Source: Vicugna vicugna (taxonomy: Eukaryota). From it: a stretch of DNA of 64,000 bases. Made by a program: the position numbers and the translations under genes. Shown piece after piece: positions 53,693 through 64,000 of this stretch. The notes below the pieces were generated by a model. That model made no database searches. It was not told the DNA's origin and was given only the letters and a program-made list of their open reading frames with translations. Numbering within the stretch: the stretch's first letter is position 1; every line of letters starts with the position of its first letter. Location: assembly GCA_013265495.1 (NCBI GenBank), contig MU058844.1, forward strand, positions 11,678,184-11,742,183. Direction: 5' to 3'.

Positions 53693-56564
53693 AAAAAGTT
53701 AGTGGTAGTAGCAATTCATTAAGCTACATGGGACTAACTACTAAAGAAAATACCTAAAATCATTAATGGGGTTACTCCTGTGTAGTTAGACCAGGCTTGG
53801 GAAGGTCTGAGCATTGGGCTGTTCTTTTTAAATAATGAAGATACTGCTTTGAATTACTTTTATATATTTAATAAGAGTTAGAAGCACAATGGAGAGACTT
53901 GAGCATGGAAGAAATAGTGATGCAGGTGACTTGAGGTTTCTGATGTAGGTCAATACATTTTATTGTACATGTGGTATGAACTTAAAGTGGGAGGAAGGAA
54001 GATGTAAGTGGCTGGTTTGAGTGTTTATTTTATGCTAAGTATTGTGCTAAGGAGGCATCTGAAACATAAATTATTTCATGGGACGTTCTCAACACCATTT
54101 TGAGAAAGTTACCACCATTCCAATATTAATTAACACTGGTACCTGAGCAGGTTAAAATCACTTGCCTAATGCCACACTACTGGGCATTGGTACCCAGAAA
54201 TGAAACCCATGTCTGCCTGACTAAAATAACCAAAACTATATAGATGCTGCTTCATCTCTAACAACATAACTATGAGTGATGTTTAAAAGAGTGGAATAAA
54301 AGCATAGAACATAAGCAAAGTGTATGAGAGTGAGTGTATGTCTGTGTGTGTATATACAATGTTACACCCTCTCTTGGTTTCCTAAATCAGTCACGTAAAG
54401 AATAATTTCTTTCCCTTCAATTATTTCTCTCTAGGAATAAACAAATCCTGCTATGAAAAAGAAGATTCATAAATGTCCTTTGTTTCATTTCCTTTAAAGT
54501 TTAATTGATTCACTGTCTTTTTTGAAGACCACACTATAGGCCACAACACAGAGCTGAGTTAAGCAACTAATTGAAGCCAGGTTCATGAGGGCTTAAATTA
54601 CCAGAGTCTTCCTGTCATCTTAAATTAAACTTCCTTATATACTTTTCAAGATTTATAACTCCAGGCTGAAAAGCTGTAAACCATCCCAGTTTCAGAACAA
54701 ATCTCCCAGAAGGAAATGATGTTTCCTGGAAAAGAGGAAGGCAAGTGTCCTCTGTGGGAAGAGGGTTCCAAGAGCAATGTGTGTGGCAGGGGTCACCGGA
54801 ACCTTGGGAAGGGGCTGCAAAGGGAATAGACAAGTCACTCAAAGAACACGTGCCCAGAGATTCTGCAGTCTGACTTGTGAGTCCTATAGGAAGGAGCAAG
54901 TTCATCTAAACAGCAAGTAGACACATTCTTGACTTTCTCCTACAAAATGAAAAGCAGAGGGTAAATGATCCTCTGTGGAGATCATAATTTCCCAAGTTCC
55001 CAAAATAGCTCTTATTTTAGTTAGAAAGACTTATTAGCACTGTCTTCAGCACTCACCTACCTATGTAATTTCTTACCTACTCTTTCACATTCATATTTTT
55101 CTTTTTTCCCTGATTTAATTCTCTATAATATAAAAATAAAATATTGGGGCATGTGGTGAAATAATCACTCTTTCGGGGCTGGTACAATTCACCAACTATT
55201 TAATAACAGGATGAGAAATCATTTAATAATGTAGACAAAAATTAAGCTAAGAGGGCCACATTTTAGGGAAAATCACCTCCCTTTTTTAAGCTTTTAGCAA
55301 ATAAAAAACAGTATCTTTTATGTGTACTATTAACCTAACACCTAAGGTATAATCAGACCAGAACATAAGAAAAATAAATTTTCCCTTTATAATTTTCTTT
55401 CACTATAATGTTTTCCTAGATTGTCTCGGGGAAATTAGACATTCATAACATGAACTCAGCTCACTGCTGGCTGGACTCCTGTGCCAGGCACTGAGTATCG
55501 TTTTGGTGAAACGGAACTTTCTGTTACCTTTCACGTCGACTAGAACTCTGTCAAAGCACAACGTATGAAAGAGTATGGTCAGCAGAAATATCCTGAATGC
55601 CTATGACATACTAACTGGTGGAAATAAGGTTCCCGAGTTTGAAAATCATAGGACTACAGGTGGATTATTCAAGTCAAATGAGAAAAGAGATCAGCAGTCA
55701 AGGAAGAAGGCTGCCCTCACATATCATCAACTAAACTTATACCAACCCCGTCATCTCAGGATAAATTCAGAACACGTGTCTTTCAACAGCATTTTAACAT
55801 CAGTTTACACTGATAAGGATGATTATATTAATACTATTTATTAACAAAACAAATTAGTGATTCGGACATTGTAAAGACAATACGTTTGTGTCGGATTAGT
55901 TGTGGTGTTCATATTTTTTACCAGCCTGTAATTACATTTTTTAAACTTTGTACTAGCTGAAAATTAGAGGCATCATTTCTTCATACCAGATCAGATAACT
56001 TACTTGGTTGTCTAAACAAACATGACAGAGAAGAAAGCAGTTATAAAAATATATCACTTTAAGCTATCAGTGATATTTCATAGCCCAAGCACTTCACTCA
56101 CGTTACCTACTTACTTTCTGTGGAGCCAAAATGCTAATGACCTTGGTAATTAGTTTTCTTATCTCACAGTACAGAAGTCGCATGCTAGGAAAGGAGTGGT
56201 ACTGTGTAGCGGTAGTAACACTGATAGCAGTGAATGAATGAATGAATGACAGCCAGAAAATAAAGGGAACATAATATTTCCAACAAACAGATTAAAGACT
56301 GAACAGGACTTTAGTCAGGGATCCATTAGGATGGAGGATAATAGTTCCATGCACCTGGATAATGTCTGATGGCCCCACGACATACCATTCTGAAACTAAC
56401 TCTAGTTCAATATCATGACCACCCAAACATCAAGAACATATTTATCTTTACTATTCTAGTTTTGTAAATATATACAATTTTCATTTTAAATGACACAATT
56501 GAACTGCAAACGTTAGAAAGTCTTTCTACTTAAAATGAGAAGCAGCTATAATGCAGATTCACTC

Positions 56565-57000
56565 ATTCTGACCTTAACTCATTTCAGAAATAATTACTGA
56601 GAACCTACGATGTCTAAGGTTCTGTGCTAATCCCTTGAAGTTCAAAAAGGGATTAAAATGTTAAAAAAAAAAAACAACTGCTGTCCTCACTGTGCTTCCA
56701 TTTGGAGCGGGTGACAATAATAAACAGTGAATATAGTAAATAAGTAAATTGCACGTTAGAGACTGATTGGAGCTACAGAAAAGAAGGAAAAGTTCAGCAA
56801 CAATAGTGGGGAGTGGAGGCGGACAGCCTGCAGTGTTGAAAGAGTAGTCAAGGAAAGCATCAGTGCGAAGGCTACACTAGAGCAGCTGACTTGAAGGAGG
56901 TGAAAGTGTAGCCAAGGGGTTGTCAGAGCAAGAGCACTCCACGCAAAGGAATCGGCTACAGCACATTTCCTTAGGTGGGGAGCAAGCCCAGACTATTTGA
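56565..57000 (-). mobile_element. L2 LINE remnant
   Basis: tcatttcagaaataattactgagaacctacgatgtc...gcagctgacttgaaggaggtga, reverse-complement L2 3' region. Confidence 0.55.
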
Positions 57001-57039
57001 CACCATTGCAGGTTTTTGTGCAAAAGAATGACCTGTGCA

Positions 57040-57245
57040 AGTATGTTCAAAGTGTTTTGTACGTACTGATCCATTGAATCCTCAAAGCAATCATATGAGA
57101 TCCGTGCCATTTTTAATCCCCTTTTAGCAAATGAGAACCCGAAGCATAGAGAGGTTAGGTAAGTTGCCTGAGACCACACAGGTAAGAAGTGGTGAAAATG
57201 GAATCAAGGGCAGCTAGTCTGATTCTAGAGGTGTGCTCTTAACAA
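57040..57245. mobile_element. MIR SINE remnant
   Basis: atccccttttagcaaatgagaacccgaagcatagagaggttaggtaagttgcctgagaccacacag, a MIR core. Confidence 0.7.
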
Positions 57246-59371
57246 CTAGATCTTCAATATTCACACACATGCACACAGGACACACAGGGGCCGGCATGCT
57301 CACATATATGTGCGCACATCCACACACCCACAAACACACACCACGCACTCAAGACTGGAGAAAGAGCTGGGAGGCCAGGAGAATTTGTTACCCATACTCT
57401 ATTTCTCTTGCTCCACATTTAATTTTTTCTCCTGTGTATTTTACTTGTCAACCTTTAGATCAAAATGTCTGCCTGAATGAAAGGTGTTCAAACTGATTGA
57501 AAACATTTGGGGTTATTCTCAAAATAGGAAAACCAAATTAGCAATTCTTAATGACTAAAATAAATATTGTGGAAATATAGGCAGGTATGCCAACTTATTT
57601 TAAATAAACAAAGAGAACAAACCAAAGCCCTGTCATGAAACAATGTGTACTATGATTTTTTTTTTTAGGTCTACAGAGAGAAATACAAGGACATCTTCTG
57701 GTTAAATACCTAATATAATACAGCAACCGGTCATTTACACTATTTGCTTGGGAAAAGCTTTGTAATCAATAGAAAGACTTCATAAATCATGATTTATGAC
57801 TCACACCTCAAGCAAATGAAGATAAATGTGTCATTGGGGTTTTTTTCTATCTTAATTATCTTGGTTCTGTTGTATAGACATGTATTCCTTTTTCAACTAT
57901 ACTATCAATACGGGCTTTTGAAAAATGTTTAGATATATTGTTATATTTATGTTCACACAAATTATAATTCATAGACTATTTAACTATATCAAATCTATAC
58001 ACATGGAAATAACTATTACTGTCTGAAATACAATATTCTCCAAAACATATAATAAATTCTGTAGAAATGAAGACTTTGAGCTCCTACTTAACAGGGTCCT
58101 AAGCACTACATTTAGTACAGTAAGTATTCTGCACTTATTAAATTATCAATCCAAAAAGTAGTTAAATCCAATTTATCAAAACAAGTATTTAAAGAATCTG
58201 TCTCAGAATTAAAAGACACTGGTGAAGATAATGCTTTTCATAACCCTTCACTGAGAAAAATAAGATAGCTCTCCCCAAGATGGTGTAAAATGACCATGCC
58301 TATTAAATATAGCTCAATATTTTAAAATATAATACCATTTCATCATATCCATGCATATCCAACAGGAATAGAAAAATATCTCCCCCAAAGGGTCATAACT
58401 ACTGAGAAATTTTGGGCAAGAAATTCAACATGGCAGATATAGAAACAGAGTGAAGTAAAGCAATGACAAATGAGATCTCATATCACTTCCAGAGTCAACA
58501 TCCTTTGTACAATACCACTTTATTTCTAGTATTTTTCCAGCTACTGTTCCTGCTTCTTGCTCATTCAAATGGCTTAAACCAAACTCTAGGAAATATAATT
58601 TTTGGCAGTTCTCAAAATCTAGATCTCTTTCTAGTAACCCTCCCCCCCAAAATTAATAATAAAAAATTTAAAAGATATTTCCTTTTTATCTGCTTCGCTA
58701 TTCTCACAGAAATCCAAAGAACTTACACCATAGAGAATGCTGTTTTTCACTTAGATTCCTGCACAATTTCACTTGGCATCACAAGAAGTCAGACAAGCTT
58801 AAAGCACAGAAGCACATCTGCTTTACTGAGTAATAAGAAATATTCCTTATCACTCCATGGCATTTGTAGACATTCCGTATTTTTTGGCGAAACTATAATT
58901 TTTCCTTGTTGATTTAATAATTCACTAATGAGTAAAATTTGCCAAAGGAAATAGTGTCTACATGGCTGTACAGAGACAGAAATATTGCTTAATATGATGT
59001 GAGGCTGACAGATGAAAGAGACGGGGATTTCTGAATTGTTGAATATTTGACAAGAAGTGGGAAGTGGTTTGTGAATGTATTTTGGAATTCTGTTTTAACT
59101 TTTTGAGTCAATACTAATCACCAAAAACAAACTCAAGGTAAACGGCATTACTAGATTTTAGGCTTGGCTTCTGAGATGGAAAAAGTTAAATATTTACAAA
59201 TGTTTGATAGGTGTGTATATTTTAGAAGATGACAAAGAGTGTTTTCCTATTGGGCATTCTCCCTCCTGAAGAAAAACAATCCTAGCTATTTATGCAATAG
59301 AGCTGATCTGACATCCCAATCATTGATTAGAAACAAAGGGGCAATTTGCATTAAACCTGCTCATTTCTTTC

Positions 59372-59785
59372 TGTGATCATTTCTCGATATGTCAACTTGG
59401 CTGGGCTTACTAAATTCCACTCATTCCATCAAACACCAATCTGGGTGTGCCTGTCAAAGTATTTGGTGGATGTGGTTAAAGTCCATGCAGTTGACGTTAA
59501 GTAAGGGACAAGATCCTAGCTTATCACTAGGGTAGTAGGCCTGATTCACTCCTTGAACGGTCTTAACAGCAGGACGGTGGCCTCCTTGAGAGAAGAAATT
59601 CCACCTGTTTATAGCAGTTTCAGCTCATGCTGACAGTCGCAGCTTGTCCTTTCTGCTGGACTGCCCTTACGATTTCAGATTTGCCTAGTCAGTTTCCATG
59701 ATCACGTGAACCAATTCTTTACAAAAAATCTGTTAACAGTATTTCTGACTGGTTCTGCTTCTCTGGTTGAATCATGACTGATACA
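59372..59785 (+). mobile_element. ERVL MLT2-type solo LTR
   Basis: Starts tgtgat...tatgtcaacttggctgggc and ends ctggttctgcttctctggttgaatcatgactgataca (TG...CA termini), typical of MLT2. Confidence 0.75.
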
Positions 59786-60394
59786 ATTCCAAACTGGGAA
59801 AAAGCAGTCATGGAAGAGTAAAGGAAATTGTTATGGTTTGTTAGCACCCCACCCCATTGTGTCTATGTGTACCCATAGACTCAAGTCAGACAGACATAAC
59901 GTGTGTATATACGTACACACACACATACACGCATGTGTACACACACACACACACTCACATCAAAAACAGTATGTACCCAAACACTCAAATCCTTATGTTT
60001 AACAGATCTGAAATTTTTGACAGATTTAATGATTTAACTGATCAAATGCATCAACAAAATAAAACTACACAACTGGAGACTGGGACTCAACAGGCACATT
60101 TTAAAGAATAACTATTGACTGTCCCACACTACTTACAGGAAAGACATTCTGCACACTTTGATACAAACCACAATCACCTTCAGAAAACAAACACAAATAT
60201 TTCACCCAAAAAGTGATAAATGTTGGTCATTCAAGCAAAAGAAAAGTGGTTTAATGTCTATAACATCGATCAACTAATCCCATCACACTGATACAACCAC
60301 GTCATTAGGTTTCTCAAACTCACAGCAATTTATTCAAAACCGGTTGTATCTGGATAAATTAATTTTGAACACCTCCCCTGCTTCCCTTCCTTAC

Positions 60395-60578
60395 CTGGAC
60401 TGCATATCTTGTTGGGTTTTGGCCTGACTGGCTTCTGCCTGAGGGGAGGCGTGAGAGACGCCCTGCTGAAGTTCCACCAAGGACTGGTAATACTGCTGTT
60501 GATGGTGTTGTTGCTGCTTGTAGCGAGACAAACTGAAAAACAGTCCTAGAATGGCTTTTAAGTTTCCATTTCTTATTT
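60395..60578 (-). CDS. NAV3: NAV3 coding exon, 184 nt, end of CH domain plus Gln-rich linker (EIRNGNLKAILGLFFSLSRYKQQQHHQQQYYQSLVELQQ...QQDMQS)
   Basis: Within ORF 60391..60612. Acceptor gatacag (AG at 60580-60579), donor AG|gtaagg at 60394. Phase 1 start matches the previous exon. Confidence 0.97.
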
Positions 60579-63037
60579 CTGTATCAAGTGGAAAATATAA
60601 AAACAGTATCATATAAGATGATTTTTTTTAACAAATAAAATTCTAGAAGCAATTCTCTTAGGCTAAATCTATGAAAACAGAAATACAACTTGACTTTCTT
60701 GGTCACAGATTCAAGCAAGCCTGATTTTCTGAATTGTGCTAACATTTCTAAGTAGCTTGGAAATTTCAGAGAGAGTATGAAGGCCTGGAGGGGGTAGAGA
60801 ACAAAGCTTACTCAAGTGGTGCTCTTTGCTGACCTTGAACTACAATTTTTCCAGAGTTAGCTTCTTCCTGGAAATGGATGGGCTCTCTGTCTTGTGCTAA
60901 TTGTTTGATTTAGCACTCTGCTTCCCTGACAAATACACACAGCTGTCACCAACATAATGGTGCCTGGGAGCTGGAGAAAGAAACCACTTCAATCCCGGTT
61001 GCCGTGCATTATAAATACTGATGGAGCTATGGGTGCACCTCAAAATAGCAGCTGGATTTTTAACTGTTAGAATGACTTCTAAAACACCAAGGTATTTTGA
61101 AAAAATATATTTATGTATCACCCCAAAAGCAGGCGACATCATAGATACCCATTTTGAATACTCCAGCTCTTTTATTTTTAATTCATGTTACATATTAATA
61201 AATAATAAAGATCAGCTTACTTATAACTGTAGATAATGTAATTGAATAAATGTTAGTGGAATTCCTAGCTCTCACACATAAACTCCCTTGTAAGTTTTTC
61301 TAATATTGAATAAAATGTCCAGTGCACAAAGTAGGCTACAACATGAGCCTAGCTTTTTTTCCTGCAGTTATAATTTTTACATCAGAAAAAGAGATGGAAG
61401 TACAGCTTGAAATAAGGCTACACAAACTGTCATCATATTTTAAACAAAACTTGCTGTTGGCGATAAAATACATCCTCCTGTGAGGTTAAGGTTTTATGTC
61501 TCTCTTTTGGAATTTAGAAACATTAATAAACTGTTCAGACGTCCTGCCCTCTTATGGTTTACAATGTCACACACACTATACACTGGAATTATTCATATAA
61601 AGTGAGGCTGAGTTATTATAACTTCCTCACAGTTGCCATAACATGTAAGAGTTGGCTTGAGTAATATGAAGCTACAGTCAGAAAGCATTAATTTTCTCTA
61701 TATACTTGAATGATCTTACTAAATTTTTTAAATTTATTGTTTTATTACTATGTATGTCTAATTAATTTAGAAAATCATTTTGAGCATCCGTATATTTTAG
61801 TAGACAAATAAAAATAGGTTTATGTTAATAAAATACATCATAAGAGAAAAAGATACATAAAACAAAGAGTAACATTTCTCACCTACTTTTAGACACTTAG
61901 AAAGTGAAGTATTATCCTGGAGGATTTTATCATATTTTATTTCAAGTAACAGAACTATCAGTTAGGTCTGAATCTAAGCTTTTTGGCCTTTAAATATGTA
62001 ATTTAACATTAAGCATCATGGCATATACATATAAAGGATAAAATAAATTTAAAATAACAGGAAATTTTAGTAGAAACAAATTAAGAAAAGTAAATAATTC
62101 TCTTGTATGTCCATAATATTTCGGAAGCCACCTAATTCTTCTATTTCCAATGGCAGCAGCAGTTTAAAAACTTAGAATTGTCTACTATTTCTACTATCTG
62201 TCGGTAAAAAGGCTTTTCAGAACAAACTGAGTTTAGTAGAAACATTAACAAATATAATCATCAGAAGTGTTTAACAATATCTTGTAGAATTTTATACATA
62301 TATGTAATTAATATTCTAATTAAAATAGTTATTGTTAATACAGGTCTCAAAGGACTTGATATTTCATAACTTTAGCAACTCTTTTTGTGAATGCTACTAC
62401 GTGAAAATTTTCCAAAGTTTCCCTAAAAATATATGTGCAAGGAAAAGAGATTCAGAAAAAAGAATGACAGATATGGTTGTCTTTTCCACTTTGCTATATT
62501 TCAATGTTAGTGATGATCATTTAAACCTTTTAAGGATTTTAAGGCCTTTGCATAAAACGCTATTAATAAAGTTAGTGCTAATTATTTAAGAACTCATAAT
62601 GACTTACTTAAAATGACCAAATACTTAGACTAGGACTACCAACGTGACTGTATCATAGAATTGTTACTGATAAAATAATATTTGAGCATTAATTACACTA
62701 TTTTTCCTGTATTTATGTTCCTGTATTATCCAGCATCATCTCCCCATCCATCTACTGAAGACTCTAAAAATACTTCCTACTGTTAATAACATATGTCTTT
62801 TAATCTGCCCCACTGCCATATATTCAGTAATGTAAAGAAAAATTTTGGCAAAATATGGACCATATCTACATAATTAAAGCATACAATAATAACCACTGCA
62901 TCTATGATTCTATTATTCTGAAAGCTTTACTGATATCTTTTATTATATCTTAGAGCCATGTACTCCAACTTTACATTTCTGGCATTAATAAAAAGTCTTT
63001 TACAAGTGCCATTTGTGACAATTACGCTTTTTCTTAC

Positions 63038-63110
63038 CTTCAGCAGATAGACCTTGAACATTTACTCCTCTGGCTGCTAGAAAGCTAAGGCAGACATCAA
63101 CATTTTCAAT
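63038..63110 (-). CDS. NAV3: NAV3 coding exon, 73 nt, CH domain (IENVDVCLSFLAARGVNVQGLSAE)
   Basis: Acceptor ttgcag (AG at 63112-63111), donor G|gtaaga at 63037. Open frame encoding a typical navigator CH-domain segment. Too short to appear in the ORF track. Confidence 0.96.
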
Positions 63111-64000
63111 CTGCAACATGAAAAGCAGTGAAAAAAGTAACTTAGAAGATTATCTTTAAATAAATAAATGAGCTAGAATGAAGCCAGGGAGAAAGATAAA
63201 GAAAGAATGAATACTTTACATTCATTTCATACTAGAGATCTCTAACCAGAGTTTAACTAGAATTATTTCGGCTAATTGCAGAATGAATATAAAGACTGCA
63301 TTGTCCAGTTTGGTTCTTACAAACAATTCATAAAGGCCTGATCAAGAAAGGCATTCTTACAGTTAGCAACCCACCTACTTAACATAAAACTAGATTTTCT
63401 GCTTCACAAATAACTCTCAACTAAAGCAATGACACAGGAGGAGATTCTAGCTTGTGTGAGTCGTAGAATGTAAGGATGTAGGTAATTGAGATTCAGCTAG
63501 TAATATCTGGTAAGTATGCCAAAAGATAAGCAAGATGGAGAAAGAGTCGATACACATAAAAGAAATGAAGCACTTTTTTCATTCTAAACCATAGAAATTT
63601 TTTATTTTAAAAACTGTATTTGCATTTCTACAGTTGAGGAATCTTCTTATTAAATATAGGTATCACCCTTATAATTTACAAGGGTGATGCCACAGCCATT
63701 TAGGGTGAGAAGCAAAAAAACCAAATGGCTAATTTATGTTAATTCATGGGTTGATCTCACTATTAGTCATGGTATTATATAGCAAAGTCAAACATCTAAG
63801 ACTTTTTAAAAGACTGTAGGAAACTAGAAAGTTCCAGCTCTTTGTGAGTCATCTCCCTGGGTTTTTTGGTATTCCATAAATCTTGAAATTCTAAAGTAAA
63901 TAACAGATTTAAAGTTAATACTTGGCAAGGTACTGTTTTCTGTCTTATTAAATTCTCATCAAAAGTTACGCATAGGACAGACAAAGTTCTGCCAATGTCC

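Larger units (their letters stand above)
1..64000 (-). other. NAV3: Neuron navigator 3 gene body (partial; extends beyond both window ends)
   Basis: Six minus-strand GT-AG exons with compatible phases (0-1, 1-2, 2-2, 2-1, 1-2, 2-1) translate to one continuous peptide matching recalled NAV3 sequence (IENVDVCLSFLAARGVNVQGLSAEEIRNGNLKAILGLFFSLSRYK...KTAKQCLEEISG). Confidence 0.97.

Noticed and set aside
60490..60520. Gln/His run (QQQHHQQQ) as an unstable triplet repeat
   Set aside because: It is encoded by mixed CAG/CAA/CAC/CAT codons and matches recalled NAV3 sequence; it is not a pure expandable tract.
1..64000. Prokaryotic-type systems (CRISPR arrays, operons, defence islands)
   Set aside because: The sequence is mammalian intron-exon DNA. 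No regularly spaced repeat-spacer array or dense ORF packing is present.

Overview
AT-rich mammalian genomic DNA, very likely camelid (a tRNA-derived SINE of the camelid type sits at 53553-53692). The whole window appears to lie inside the neuron navigator 3 (NAV3) gene on the minus strand. Six canonical GT-AG coding exons (63110-63038, 60578-60395, 38728-38660, 35479-35340, 24475-23452, 9976-9861) join in frame. They encode the end of the calponin-homology (CH) domain and the Ser/Pro/Lys-rich, SxIP-containing region. Introns contain L1, L2, MIR, MaLR/ERVL LTR and hAT (MER5/MER20) remnants plus microsatellites. The main surprise is a 520-nt coding stretch at 1949-1430 in the last visible intron. 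It has its own Kozak ATG, an upstream in-frame stop and a phase-matched GTAAGT donor, and its protein resembles the N-terminus of the paralog NAV1. This points to an internal-promoter, CH-domain-less, NAV1-like NAV3 isoform. Protein and repeat-family assignments come from recall of known sequences, not from database searches, and old-repeat boundaries are approximate.
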